Shown one piece after another: positions 38,040 to 51,886 of a stretch of 64,000 nt of DNA. The DNA comes from Octopus sinensis (Eukaryota). The notes below the pieces were generated by a model. It saw only the letters and a program-made list of their open reading frames with translations, made no database searches and was not told the DNA's origin. The translations under genes were made by a program, and so were the position numbers. Position 1 is the stretch's first letter; the number at the start of each line of letters is the position of its first letter. Location of the stretch: positions 40,610,001-40,674,000 of the forward strand of contig NC_043004.1 in NCBI RefSeq assembly GCF_006345805.1, read 5' to 3'.

Positions 38040-39060
38040 AAGCAGCAAACTGGCAGAAAACTTTAGCATGCCGGGCGAAATGCTTAGCGGTATTTCGGCT
38101 GCCACTACATTCTGAGTTCAAATTCTGCCGAGGTCGACTTTGCCTTTCATCCTTTCGGAGTCGATTAAATAAGTACCAGTTACACACTGTGGTCGATATA
38201 ATCGACTTAATCCGTTTGTCTGTCCTTGTTTGTCCTCTCTGTGTTTAGTCCCTTGCCGAGGTCAACTTTGCCTTTCATCCTTTCGGGGTCGATTAGATAA
38301 GTACCAGTTATGCACCGGGGTCGATATAATCGACTTAATCCATTTGTCTGTCCTTGTTTGTCCTCTCTGTGTTTAGCCCCTTGTGGGTAGTAAAGAAATA
38401 GGTATTTCGTCTGCCACTACGTTCTGAGTTCAAATTCTGCCGAGGTCAACTTTGCCTTTCATCCTTTCGGGGTCGATTAAATAAGTACCAGTTACACACT
38501 GGGGTCGATATAATCGACTTAATCCATTTGTCTGTCCTTGTTTGTCCTCTCTGTGTTAGCCCCTTGTGGGTAGAGAAATAGGTATTTCGTCTACCACTAC
38601 GTTCTGAGTTCAAATTCTGCCGAGGTCAACTTTGCCTTTCATCTTCGGGGTCGATTAAATAAGTACCAGTTACACACTGGGGTCGATATAATCGACTTAA
38701 TCCATTTGTCTGTCCTTGTTTGTCCTCTCTGTGTTTAGCCCCTTGTGGGTAGTAAAGAAATAGGTATTTCGTCTACCACTACGTTCTGAGTTCAAATTCT
38801 GCCGAGGTCAACTTTGCCTTTCATCCTTTCGGGGTCGATTAAATAAGTACCAGTTACGCACCGGGGTCGATATAATCGACTTAATCCATTTGCCTGTCCT
38901 TGTTTGTCCTCTCTGTGTTTAGCCCCTTGTGGGTAGTAAAGAAATAGGTATTTCCTCTGCCGTTACGTTCTGAGTTCAAATTCCACCGAGGGCGACTTTG
39001 CCTTTCATCCTTTCGGGGTCGATAAATTAAGTACCAATTGCATACTGGGGTCGATCAAAT
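38040..39060 (+). mobile_element. Tandem array of SINE family B body (~180-bp unit)
   Basis: One head then units starting at 38089, ~38254 (partial), 38401, 38581, 38763, 38947; central GCCTTTCATCCTTTCGGGGTCGAT..AATAAGTACCAG resembles the MetaSINE-type domain (from recall). Confidence 0.9.
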
Positions 39061-39369
39061 TCCCAAAGTTAAGCCACTTACTTACACCTGAGTTATCTCT
39101 CCTTGTTATCTCCCTTCCATTTTTAATTCTTCCTATTATATTCTTTCTGTTATTTTTTCCTCGTTTCAATCTTGTGACTGTGGCACCACTTTGAAATGTT
39201 TAATAAAAAAAAATGACCCCTTGGCATCTTTTTGTGAAACCTTGTAGTTATTTTATTAGTTTTGTTTCGCTGAAACACTAAGTCTAAGTTATGGGGACAT
39301 AAACAAACCAACAGCGGTTGTAAAATTGTGGGAAGGGGAAGAATACACCTAGAAATGCATGCATATAAT

Positions 39370-39765
39370 CTTTTACTTATTTCAGTCATTAGACTCTGGC
39401 CATACTGGGGCACAGCCTTCAAGAAATTTTAGTCGAATTAATTAACCACAGTGCTTATTTTTTTATTAAACCTGGTATTTTATCTGTCTCTTTTTGCTGA
39501 ACCACTAAGTTATGGGGACCTAAACACCCCAATACTAGTTGTCAAGTGGTGGGAGAGGTGGAAAAACACAAACCACAAGGACACACACATGTGTATGTGT
39601 GTGTAAAGATGATGGGCTTCTTTTCAGTTTCCATCTACCAAATACACTCACAAGGGTTTGTTCAACTTGAGGGTATTGTAGAATACACTTGCCCAAGGTG
39701 TCACACAGTGGCACTGAACCTAGAACCATGAGGTTGGAAAGCTAACTTCTTACCACACAGCTACT
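39370..39765 (-). mobile_element. SINE family A, diverged
   Basis: Similarity to 5222-5638. Confidence 0.8.
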
Positions 39766-39785
39766 GCTCTCTCTTTCTCTCTCTC

Positions 39786-39879
<94 letters not shown>

Positions 39880-40083
39880 TAACATATATATATATATTAT
39901 ATATATAAATATATACATACATATATACATACATACATATATATAAACATTCATATATATATATACATAATATATATACATATATATATACATATATAGA
40001 TATAGATATATATACATATATATATAATATATAATATATATACATATATATATATATACACACATATATATACATACATATAT

Positions 40084-40123
<40 letters not shown>

Positions 40124-40166
40124 TATATATATATACATACATATATACACATACATATATATACAC

Positions 40167-40199
<33 letters not shown>

Positions 40200-40511
40200 T
40201 ATATATATATATAATACATATATATATATATATACATATATATTACATATATATATACATAAATATATATACATATATATACATACATACATATATATAT
40301 ATATATACATATATACATATATATATAGTTATATATATAGTTATATATATAGTTATATATATATATACATATATATATATAGTTACATATATATACATAT
40401 ATACATATATAGTTATATATATATACATATATATATAGTTACATATATATAGTTATATATATATATACATATATATATAGTTATATATATATACATATAT
40501 ATTATATATAT

Positions 40512-40560
<49 letters not shown>

Positions 40561-40847
40561 TGTATATCTTTGCAACAGTGAATGTCATTATTTAATTGGA
40601 AGGATGGCTTGCTACATGCACATGGATGCACAGATGCACATACACGCATACTTACACACATACACAAGCACATACACACTCACATATGCACACGCATACA
40701 CACACACACACACAAGCACACATTTGAACTGTTGTCATATCTAATCAAGCTACATGATATATAGTCAATTACCAATCGCTCTAGTAAGCAATTTCGATGT
40801 TTACCATACCACCACGATTATTCTCGTCATCATCCTTATCATCCCAC

Positions 40848-40895
<48 letters not shown>

Positions 40896-41467
40896 CATCA
40901 TCATTATTGTTATTGTTGTTGTTGTTGTCATTATCATCATCATTATTATCAATACTTTTAATACTTCTAATGAAATCAATAAATTACAGACTGTTGTATG
41001 AAAACTGGTTTGTTTGTGCTACTCATTTCACAGTGTCTTCACAGCAATAATCAATGTCACTTTGAGCATGAAAATGTCTCTTTAATATCTTCAGATTCGA
41101 GAAGAGACATTAAAACAACTTTCTTTGATATGATTTTTCATTATTGAAAATTTCAGACCTCGTGATTTTTCTCCAACAAATCATTAAGACATCCTGCCTA
41201 CAGACCTGCCAGCCTACCGGCCTACAAGCTTTCCAGCCAGCCAGCCAGCCAGCCAGCCTGTCAGCCTGCTAGCTTTATGCATGCCTCATTGATGTCTGCC
41301 TGTCTTTATTATCTACACTGAATGAGAAATACTTGTGAATGAAATAACAATCAGAGAATGCTTTGCCTTAAACAGAAACTATAGGAGCGTCTTAGAAGAC
41401 ATTGCACACTCATTCCCTTGAGGGTGAGTGACTAACACAATAGCATTTTGAGAAAATTTTTAGAAGG

Positions 41468-41915
41468 TGGCAGGCGAGCTGGCAGAAACGTTAGCATGCC
41501 GGCAAAATGCTTAGCGGTATTTCATCTGCCGCTATGTTCTGAGTTCAAATTCTGCCGAAGTCGACTTTGCCTTTCATCCATTCGGGGTCAATTAAATAAG
41601 TACCAGTTATGCACTGGGGTCGATTAAATAAGTACCAGTTACACACTGGGGTTGATATAATCGACTTAATCCGTTTGCCTGTTCTTGTTTGTCCCCTCTG
41701 TGTTTAGCCCCTTGTGGGTAGTAAAGAAATAGGTATTTCGTCTGCCGCTACGTTCTGAGTTCAAATTCCCCCGAGGTTGACTTTGCCTTTCATCCTTTTG
41801 GGGTCGATTAAATAAGTACCAGTTATGCACTGGGGTCGATATAATCGACTTAATCCGTTTGTGTGTCCTTGTTTTTCCCCTCTGTATTTAGCCCCTTGTG
41901 GGCAGTAAAGAAATA
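41468..41915 (+). mobile_element. SINE family B dimer
   Basis: Head GGCGAGCTGGCAGAAACGTTAGC, two body units joined at AAGAAATA|GGTATTTC; AGCATTTT(G/T)AGAAA on both flanks suggests a TSD. Confidence 0.88.
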
Positions 41916-42035
41916 ACAAAAGCATTTTTAGAAACCCTTTTGTATCATTAACAGGTATCTCAGGTATTTTAGACTGTATGCTTTACCTGAGTGGGGCAAC
42001 ATGGCATGAATTAGCCTGCAGCTTTAGAAAGGCTC

Positions 42036-42736
42036 TACGGGGAAGGCAGGGTGATGAAAAGTTCTTGGCTTTGGGTAAAAGAAGCTACAGAGGGATCTTA
42101 GTTCTTCTTAGTTACCTTCTTGGGTCATACTGATTCATAAGGGCCGGTTTCCTGGTTTCATGATATATATGTTCCCCACCTGGATGGGACACCATTGTGT
42201 CACAAGATTACTCATTCTTTGCCAGCTGAGTGGAATGGAGCAACTTGAAATGAAGCGTTGTTTTGTTCAAGAACACAACATATCCACAAAGACACGCACA
42301 TATATATATGTGTGTATGTGTGCGTGCGTGTGTGTAAAGATGATGGGCTTCTTTTCAGTTTCCATCTACCAGATACACTCACAAGGGTTTGGTCAATTAT
42401 AGGCTATTGTGGAATTCACTTGCCTAAGGTGTCACACTGTGGAACTGAACATAGAACCATGAGGTTGGAAAGCTAACTTCTTACCACACAGCTAGGCCTC
42501 TCCAAAAATCAAAACCTCAATCTTACAATCATGAGCTCAGCACTCTAATCACTAGGCCACATGCCTTACAGGAGGATCAGGTAATTATGATTTTATTCAA
42601 CTTATTCCCCACTCAGATTCACACACTTCTTGTAGTGGTCCTTCAGTTCTTCTAAGACCTGAAAAAGAACTCGTATGGTTGGACTTCCAGCCAGGCCTTT
42701 TGTGATACCCAAGAACTTTTCAGCATCCCTTGTGTA
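42036..42736. mobile_element. mariner-type MITE with nested SINE C (minus) and SINE A fragment; unnested copy at ~51915-52137
   Basis: TGAAAAGTTCTTGG...CCAAGAACTTTTCA inverted ends; internal sequence matches 51915-52137. Confidence 0.7.
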
Positions 42737-43579
42737 TGTGATCCCTTAACAACCACAACCACTTTGAGCTGGGCTCAGTTGCTTTGGCTATCTTATCTCT
42801 TAAGTGGTTTTCTTCAGTTCTTTGAGTTCCATGATAGATGTAAGTGAGTGTCACTGTCATACAAGCAGTGTTGTTCATACTTATATTCTGCAAAAAACAT
42901 GTCTGGGCATGTAGGTAATATTACATTGGAATGAAACAGGTGAGGGTTGGTGACAGGAAGGGTATCCAGCTGTAGAAATCCACTTCAATAAACTCCATCT
43001 AACCCATGCATACAATGAAAAGTGGGCATTAAACTGATGATGGTGGTGGTGAAAACGACGACGATGATGATGATGATCATGGTAGTAGTGGAGGTGGTAG
43101 TGCTTGTGATGATGATGATGATGATGATGATGATGGGTTGGCGTAATTTTAGGCAAATTTGATTGACATTTCTAAAACGGTGTGTGCAATCTTGTAAAGG
43201 CTGCCAAGTTGATTTATTGTGTTCAGCTATTCAAGAATGAATGAAGCTGTTGTAGTTATTTAGCTCCAGGTCACATCTAATCAAGTAGCCTGAGTCTTAA
43301 AGATCAAAGGTATTCCAACCGTGACCATCCAAACTTCTAATTTTGTTTTGTCTTTTCTTTTTAAAGCTTAGTGCAGCTATAATTATATTATTGAATGTGT
43401 CCTTTGCATTCTTAAGAGGGTAAGGAGTAATATGAGAGGCATTTGGTAGCTATTTCTAGCAGGCTAAATAAATGCATAAGGGCACCCTCCTCGATTTATG
43501 AATTAAGTTTCCTGCTGGATTGAGCCAGTAATCCAGTTGTTATTGTTGTCGTTGTTGTTATTGATGTTGTTATTGTTAC

Positions 43580-44190
43580 TCTTTTACTCAACTTGTTTCA
43601 GTCATTTGACTGCGGCCATGCTGGAGCACTACCTTTAGTCGAATCAAATTGACCCCAGAACTTATTCTATCGGTCTCTTTTGCCGAACTGCTAGGCTACG
43701 GGGACATTAACACACCAGCATCAGTTGTCAAGCGATGTTGGAGGGACAGACACAGACACACAAACATATACACACACACACATACATATATATACAACGG
43801 GCTTCTTTCAGCTTCCGTCTACCAAATCCGCTCACAAGACTTTGGTCGGCCCAAGGCTATAGTAGAAGACACTTGCCCAAGGTACCACACAGTGGGACTG
43901 AACCCGGAACCATGTGGTTCGTAAGCAAGCTACTTACCACACAGCCACTCCTATGCCTATTGTTATTGTTATTGTTAAAGGCGGTGAGCTGGCACAATCG
44001 TTAGCACACTGGACAAAAAGTTTAGCAGTATTTCACCCATCGCTATATCCTGAGTTCAAATTTTGTCGAGGTCGACTTTGCCTTTCATCCTTTTGGGGTC
44101 AATTAAATAAGTACCAGTTATTCACTGGAGTTGATGTAATCAACTTATCCCCTCCCACAAAATTTCAGGCTTTGTGCCTATATTAGAAAG
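43580..44190. mobile_element. SINE A (43580-43951, minus) head-to-head with SINE B (43979-44190, plus)
   Basis: Similarity to other copies. Confidence 0.85.
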
Positions 44191-45101
44191 GATTATTATT
44201 ATTGTTGTTAAGGCAACAAGCTGGTCAAATTGTTAGTGTACCAGACAAAATGCTTAGTAGCATTTACATTCTTATACCGGCTCTGGCTCTGTAGTACAAA
44301 TGTCTTGTTTTCATAAGGTTTTAATTAAAATCTTCCACCAAACCTTAGTCACAAATACTGTTCCTAACACCAGCTTAATGAAAACTAAGTTATTTTATAA
44401 AATTCTGTGTTATATCTAAAATAATTGAAAGAAAAACAGAACATGTCAAAATAAATACAGTAACGAAAGGGTTAAGACAATGTAGTACTGTATGAATGGT
44501 GGGGTTTGGCTGCTATTTCTAACAAACCAAGTGACCGACCACATAGAAGGTCCCTCAATCCTCCCTCTGATTCTTGGACTTTTACTCCTAGCACTAATAC
44601 CCTTGAAGATTGTATAAACATCAAATAATCTCATTTCCACATATAAGTCTATAAATCCAACCTCTTGCTTCAATGTAGAGTGATTCTGATGTACCGTTTA
44701 TTGCATTACAACTTTATTTCTCAGCAGTGTCTGGAGATGTGTCTGTTGGAGACAACAAACACACTGACAACTAATAACATGAGGTTCTTATACATCTCAA
44801 AGTTACGGCAATGTTGATAAATATACTAAGTAATCATTTGAAATTATAGCTTTTATTTGGTGATATGATTCTTAAATTTTCCTTTGATTTAATTTTTATA
44901 TATACATACAGATACATATTCATAAGAACACACATAACATATATAAATATACATATATATATATATATATATTATATATAATATATATATATGCATACAT
45001 ACATATATGTATTTATATGCACATATATACATTCACATACATACATATATGCATATATTCATACATATATATATATATATGTGTGTGTGTATGTGTGTTA
45101 T

Positions 45102-45132
<31 letters not shown>

Positions 45133-45179
45133 GTATATACATATGTCTGTGTGTATATATATATATATTTATATGTCTG

Positions 45180-45236
<57 letters not shown>

Positions 45237-45286
45237 TTATATACATACATGTATTTATATATATAAACACACGCATATATATTTAC

Positions 45287-45318
<32 letters not shown>

Positions 45319-45988
45319 TCACACATGTATAGTTACATATATATATACACACATACATACATATATATATATATACAATCACACACACACACATACACTC
45401 AAACAAAGTCAAAGACATATAAGCTTTTGTGTGTGTGTGTTGTATAGGCCACCGGTTATCTTATTGAAGTAAGCCAATATTTTTCATTTGATTAAAATTA
45501 TAGAGCATCAGACAAATTCCTTGTGATTTTTCTTCCAGTTCTCTACATTTAAATTCCAAACTCCAACAGAATCAACTTTGTCAATGTTATCAACAATCAC
45601 CTCCTACCCCCATAAAGTTGCTGGTCTTTTGCCAAAATTTGAAACAATTATAATCATTGCTTTTGTTGTTGTTATTTACATTATTGTTGTTTTCGTTTCT
45701 AGAAGCTGTTTGAAATTTCACTCAAAGACCTCAAGTAACAGCAAGTTGGTCGCTTTTCTATGGCTGTTATTTATGATAAGGAAGGGCATTTTGGCGTTAG
45801 GAAGGGCATCCAGCCATAGAAACATTGCCAGATCAGACTGGGACTGGTGCAGCCTTCTGGCTTCCCAGACCCCAGTTGAACTGTCCAACCCATGCTAGCA
45901 TGGAAATTAGACGCTAAACGATGATGATGATGATGATGAAAGGAAACCAGAATCCCAGAAATAAAATTCTTTTAAATTTGTAATATTT

Positions 45989-46296
45989 CAATTGCAGCAT
46001 GGAAGGTGTTTATAAGCCATTTAATAAACATACAAAAACCGTTAGATTCACTTCAACATTTAAATTTAATTTGCCAAAATATTTTCATTGCTTTGAGACA
46101 GTAACCTGTTCACTGACAAAATTCCGTGCTAGCAACAAAAATATTTAGGCAAATTAAATTTAAATGTTGAAGCGAATCTAACATTTTTTGTGTGTTTCTT
46201 AAATGGCTTATAAACACCTTCCATACTGCAATTGTTTTTGTTCCAGCACACGATAACAGATTAGGTCACTTGCTATGCAAGTACATCTCTGTAATA
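45989..46296. mobile_element. Foldback repeat with ~100-bp inverted arms, probably Penelope-derived; hammerhead-like motif at 46070-46120 (minus)
   Basis: CAATTGCAGCATGGAAGGTGTTTATAAGCC... mirrored by ...GGCTTATAAACACCTTCCATACTGCAATTG; homologous to 31220-31435. Confidence 0.75.
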
Positions 46297-46886
46297 TTTC
46301 AGGTTTGAAAGAATTTAAAGAAATTCAGGGATATTCAAGTTGATAATGTTTTTCTTTGGCTGTGGACAGTTCCCATGAGAACAATTTTTTGTAGTTCAGA
46401 TAGTTTGTGTTTCCAAACTATTCCTTTCTTCCACTCAGTTTGCTATGTCTTTATGTTCTGGTTCTTGCATGTTTGTCATAGTTGCTATCGTTGTTGCTGT
46501 TATTGTTGTTGGTGGTGGTGGTGGTGGTTGTGGTGGTGGTGGTAGTAGTGTTATTGTTGTTCTTAGATGTCACTTTTGAGACCTCTGTTTCAAGTTCCTT
46601 GAATTTACTTAACTTTTCAAATGTTTTTACAGAAATGTGACAGCGTCATAATATCTGGTCTTTTGGCCTGAATAGCTCAATAAATTTGAATACCAAAGTC
46701 CCAAAGAATGGTAATCATACCATCATCATCATCATCATCATCATCACTATCATCATCATCTAACGTTTGTTTTCCATGCTGGCATGGGTTGGACAGTTTG
46801 ACAGGCGCTTGCCAGATTTCAACTGTCTGTTGTGACAGGCTTTCTATGACTGGATGCCCTTCCTAACACCAACCACTTTACAGAGT

Positions 46887-47170
46887 GTGGAGGCACATGG
46901 CCTAGTGGTTAGAGCAGCAGACTCGCGGTTGAGGAATCATGGGTTCGAAGCTCAGACCGGGCGATGTGTGTGTTTATGAGCGAAACACCTAAGCTCCACG
47001 CGGCTCCGGCAGAAGGTAATGGCGAACTTCTGCTGACTCTTTCGCCACAACTTTCTCCCACTCTTTCCTCCTGCATCTTGCAGCTCACCTGCGACATCCA
47101 GGTGGGGAACCTATACACCAAGAAAACCGGGAAACCGGCCCTTATGAGCCAGGCTCAAGAAGGAACAACT
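46887..47170 (+). mobile_element. SINE family C variant inserted in a minus-strand RTE tail (46720-47270)
   Basis: TGGCCTAGTGG A box, GGTTCGAAGC B box; CAGAGTG on both flanks. Confidence 0.85.
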
Positions 47171-48232
47171 TTTCAGAGTGAGCTGGGTGCTTTTTACGTG
47201 CCACTGGCACAGGTGTGTTTATGCAGCAACGGCACAAATACATTTTATGTCGTACCAGCACCTGTAAATGTAAAGCTTGTATGTATGGACGACAGCGATT
47301 ATGATACATAAATGACTATTTTAAGCGTAGTTGTATTAAACAGTTGAACAGGTTCAAGTTGAATCCCAATCAAACAAGCTGAGTTGAGAAAAAGCAAGCC
47401 AAATTCATTCTTTCAAGTTAAGCCTGAGTCTTACTCAGTCCAGCCTGAGTCCAGTCTTGTTCCAGATAAATCAAGCAGTATTAAATTGAGTTAAATGGAA
47501 TCAAATGTCAAATCCTACAGAGTAGAAGCAAACCGAATTTAAAACTTATTTACATAATCTATCGAGTTTATTGATTTGCTGTTGTAGCTGATGTTGGTTC
47601 ATTTTGGTTCAGCTGGCTGGATTTAAAAGAGTTACGTGTCATGAAACAAGTATCAAAAATTGTTACTTCCTGCTCTGAATTTCATTCTTTGCTCATAGTG
47701 ACTTTAGGATAAATAAACTTATTTTCAGCTGCGCTTAATTTCATTTTCTGTTTTGTTTCCTTCTTTCTTTCTTTTTTCCTTCCTTCCTTCCTTCCTTTCT
47801 TTCTCTCTTTCTTTTTGAATTTTGTTTCTTTCATTCTTTCTCTTTTTCTTACTTTCTCTTTTTTTTCCCAGGCAATAACACAACATCTAGAGAGAAACCA
47901 AGCTAAAAGATAGCAACAATAACACTACTACCACCACAACCATCACAACCACCACCAACAACAACAACAATAACAGCAACAACGATAGCAACTATGACAA
48001 ACATGCAAGAACCAGAGAAAGATATCAGAGAAAAAGAAGAAAGAAAATTCCAAAGTTCCAATACTTTTCTGCCCTACAGCTCACTATCAATTGATTCTGT
48101 AGTTATTTTTACATGGCAGAGAGATAAGAGTGAGTGAGATCTGGTTAGAGTGGTGAGTACAAGAGATCTGGCCAGAGTGAGTGAGGTCTGGCTGGAGTGG
48201 AGAAACAAACCAAAAATTGTATCTAGCAAGAT

Positions 48233-48540
48233 GTTAGTCAGTTAGTCAATTTTTGGCTCAAAAAGCAAAAAGTAAGGCCATGTAGGGGGACATGGAGTTA
48301 TGTACAGGGTGGTGTTCATGTAAAGAGTTCATGCCACTTGTGGTCAAGGGAGACTTTGAACCGAGCAGTCGGCATCTTCACCATCTCGGCTGGCAGCTTA
48401 TTCCACGGATCCACATCCCGGACGGAGAAAGTCCCTCTCCTTCGATTGAGATGAAATCGTCGCAAATAGAGCTTTTCGGAGTGACCCCGCAGCCGACGCT
48501 CTGGAGCAGGAGTGAAGAACAGCTCTTTCGAGAGGTTGAG
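48233..48540 (-). mobile_element. CR1-clade LINE 3' end
   Basis: NLSKELFFTPAPERRLRGHSEKLYLRRFHLNRRRGTFSVRDVDPWNKLPAEMV...LDHKWHELFT* (stop 48316-48318); 8-bp terminal repeat TGACTAAC x2. Confidence 0.9.
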
Positions 48541-48639
48541 TGATGTCTTGTGTTGCCGCTATGGTAGATAACTTTGCCAAACTGTTCTTGTTGTTGGCGC
48601 CCTTATTGCCATTGTTGTCGTCATCAATGATGTTGACAG

Positions 48640-49572
48640 CATTGGTATTGATGATGATGTTGCTGTTTGTGTTGTTGTTGTTGTTGTTGTCATTGTTGTC
48701 ATTGGTCGTGGTGGTGGTGGTGGTGGTGATGGCAGCAGCAGCAGTGGTGGCAGCAGTAGCAGTGATTGTTGTGGTGATGGTAGTGGTGGTGGTGGCAGTG
48801 GTGGTGGTGGTGGTTAAAGTAGAGTTAAATCGATACATAAATTTAATTTTAATTGCATTCTGTTGTTGGGTTTTTTTTTCAATTTTTGCTGCTGCTCTGC
48901 TGGTGGTTGCGGCGGTGGTGGTGGTGGTGGTGGCAGTGGTGGTGGCGGCGGTGGTGGTGGTGGTGGTGGTGGTATGGTGGTGGTGGTGGTGGTATGGTGG
49001 GGATGGCAGCAGTGGTGGGGGGTATGGTGGCAGCAGTGGTGGTGGTCATGGTGGTGGTGGTGGTGGTGGCAGTGGTGGTGGCAGTGGTAGTGGTCGTAGT
49101 GGTGGTGGGATAGTGGTATGGTGGTGGTGGTGGTGGTATGGTGGGGATGGCAGCAGTGGTGGTAGTGGTGTTGTGGTGGTGGTGGGGTTAGTGGTATGGT
49201 GGGGATGGCAGCAGTGGTGGCAGCGGTAGTGGTCGTGGTGGTGGTCGTGGTGGCATGGTTGCTGCTGGTGGGGATGGCAGTGGTGGTGGTTGTCGTGGTG
49301 GTGGTTGTGGTGGTGGTGGTGGTGGTGGTGGTGGCATGGTTGCTGCTGCTCTGCTGGTGGGGATGGCAGCAGTGGTGGCAGCGGTGGTGGTTGCAGTGGT
49401 GGTGGTTGTCGTCGTGGTAGTTGTGGTGGTGGTGGTGGTGGTGTGGTGGCATGGTTGCTGCTGCTCTGCTGCTGGGGATGGCAGCAGTGGTGGCAGCGGT
49501 GGTGGTTGCAGTGGTGGTGGTTGTCGTCGTAGTAGTTGTGGTGGTGGTGGTGGTGGTGGTGGTGGTGGTGGT
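48640..49572. repeat. Long (GGT/GCA)n tract with higher-order duplications
   Basis: Direct reading; GGGGATGGCAGCAGTGGTGG recurs several times. Confidence 0.9.
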
Positions 49573-50317
49573 TAAACTAAATGTAAATCAATATGTAAAA
49601 TTTAATTTTAATTGCATTTTGCTGTTGATTTTTTTGTTTTGCTTTTTGTTTCCCTTTTTTTTTATTGTTGTTCTTGGTTGTTTTACAATGTGCTGTAATT
49701 CTCGTTTGTTTTTGGCTTTTCTTGTTTCAAAATGTAAAAGAATGTAATGTAAAAAATATTTTTTGCAAAAAAAAAATTAACAAAAAAAAAGGAAATGGCA
49801 AGAACAGGGACGGGAGGGGGTTAAAGAAAAATGAAAGTAAATGAGTGAGAAATGAATAATGAAGAATGAAAAAGAGAACAGGATATCGTACTGAGACGAG
49901 AAGAAAGAAAATGCTGGGAAGGAAATAAGAAAGAGAGAAAAGAAAAAGAAGAAAACAACTAAGAAGGAAAGAGAGACTGAAAAATAAAGAAAAGGAAGAA
50001 AGGAAGGAAAAAGTGAAAGACAGAGAGAAAATGAGAGAGAAAATAAAGAAAGGAACAATGAGAAGAAGAATGTGAAAGGGTGCGAAACAAGACAGAAAAA
50101 GGAGAGTAAGTGAAAGTAGAAATGAAAGAAAAAAAATTAATGAAAGAGTGAAGGAAGAGGAAGCGAAAGGAAAAGAGAGGCAGAGAGGAAGAGAAACTGG
50201 AACAGATTTGGAGAGAGGGAGAGAAATATAAATGCTTGAAGTTAAAATTGGAAAGAATATATAAAAAGAAAAAAAAGAAAAAATGATACAAAAGATGTTG
50301 TGCACATATGTGTGTGG

Positions 50318-50382
<65 letters not shown>

Positions 50383-50400
50383 GCATATATATATATATAG

Positions 50401-50438
<38 letters not shown>

Positions 50439-50451
50439 ATATATGTATATA

Positions 50452-50937
50452 TCTTCCACAGGTTCCCTCAGCCACTAGGGTGTGGCACTTTTTCACACAG
50501 CTATTTTCATCCATTCTCGCCACATAACCATACCAGCGCAGTTGTCTCTCTTGCATACTACATCTGATGTTTCTTAGGTCCAACTTTTCTCTGAAGGTAC
50601 TTACACTCTGTCAAGTATGCACACTGACATTACACATCCATCGGATCATACTGGCTTCATTCCTTGTGAACTTACACATGTCCTGAGCAGTCACGGCCTA
50701 TGTTTCACTGCCATGTAGCATGGCTGTTCGTACACATGTGTCATACAGTCTACCTTTTACTCTGAGCGAGAGGCCTTTTGTCACCAGCAGAAGTAAGAGC
50801 CCTCTGAACTTTGCCCAGGCTATTCTTATTCTAGAAGCTACACTTTCAGTGCACTCTCCCCCACTACTGACGTGGTCACCTAGGTAACAGAAGCTATCAA
50901 GTACTTCTAGTTTTTCTCCCTGGAATGTGGTGCAAGT
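50452..50937 (-). pseudogene. RTE reverse transcriptase C-terminal region fragment
   Basis: EKLEVLDSFCYLGD...RIRIAWAKFR...GRLYDTCVRTAMLHGSET*...[13 protein letters not shown]...EGTCGR. Confidence 0.92.
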
Positions 50938-50986
50938 TGTACTCCCTCTCTCTCTCTCTCTCCATATATATATATATATATATATA

Positions 50987-51257
50987 CTGTTGTGTCTGGG
51001 GAGAGTCACTCTCTTCTGGTGCCCTACAACTCAACACACTCACCGGTAAAACTTCCACCCATTTCCCCCCTATTCCTCTAAAATTCCTACTGCATCCTGC
51101 AACCCTTTCAATAGTTTTGAGAGTCAAAACTATTGAAAATGTTGCAAGACACAACAAAAATTTTAGAAAAATAAAAAAGAAATAAGTGGAAACTCCACCA
51201 GTGAGCGTGCTAAGCCTCAAGGCACCAAAAGAGAATGACTCTCCCCGGACACAACAG
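50987..51257. mobile_element. MITE with long imperfect TIRs and TA flanks
   Basis: TA-CTGTTGTGTCTGGGGAGAGTCA...TGACTCTCCCCGGACACAACAG-TA. Confidence 0.85.
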
Positions 51258-51321
51258 TATATGCTTCCACACACAAACTCACATAAAGAATCTTGCAAAC
51301 CAAATCCAAAAACGAAATATA

Positions 51322-51886
51322 TTGGGTTGTCTGGAAAGTTTGTGCCAATTTCTAAAGGAAAGGAAAAGGTCAATAAATACTTGCCATTATATTTTTAATC
51401 AACCAAATATGAACCATTTTGTTACACAATGCGTCTCCATCTTTCCTTTAACGAGAAAAACCCCTCTTCCCGGAATTGAGGTGGTTTCATGACAAAAAAT
51501 TCATCAAGGTATCTTTTTATGTCATCCAAGGAATTGAAATTTTTAGCATTAAGACTATTTTGCAGAGACCTAAATAAGTGGAAATCCGAAGGAACAATAT
51601 CTGGTGAATATGGAGGGTGGGGTAACACATCCCAGCTGAGCTGCAGCAATTTTTGTCTGGTTCCCAAAGCATCAAGTGCCAAAAATGAACTTTCTTATCT
51701 TCCATTTTAAAGGGTTACAGAATTAACACAGGTTATAGGAACATAAATCTTCTTTCACAAAAAGATAGCTTAAACTGTGCTCTAAATGGAGGTGTAGTCA
51801 AATCCTGTTTTATGGACTCAACCATGTTCTAAAATAAGTCGAAAGGTAAGCTACTATAAATCGGCCCAAACTTTCCGGACAACCCA
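51322..51886 (-). mobile_element. Internally deleted mariner element
   Basis: TIRs TGGGTTGTC(T/C)GGAAAGTTT; N-terminus MEDKKVHFWHLML fused to VLPHPPYSPDIVPSDFHLFRSLQ. Confidence 0.9.

Noticed and set aside
46887-46975. tRNA gene
   Set aside because: A/B boxes continue into a SINE body with TSD and no acceptor stem is evident; same for the other SINE heads.
48540-49747. Gly/Val/His-rich ORFs resembling structural or membrane proteins
   Set aside because: Translations of (GGT)n, open in several frames on both strands; same for the poly-His, poly-Glu and YI-repeat ORFs elsewhere.
50452-50470. RTE fragment ending at GTCGR while the copy at 26859 begins at GTCGR, suggesting one element split by inversion
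   Set aside because: The pieces are 23 kb apart with no shared flank evidence; with many RTE copies present, coincidence cannot be excluded.
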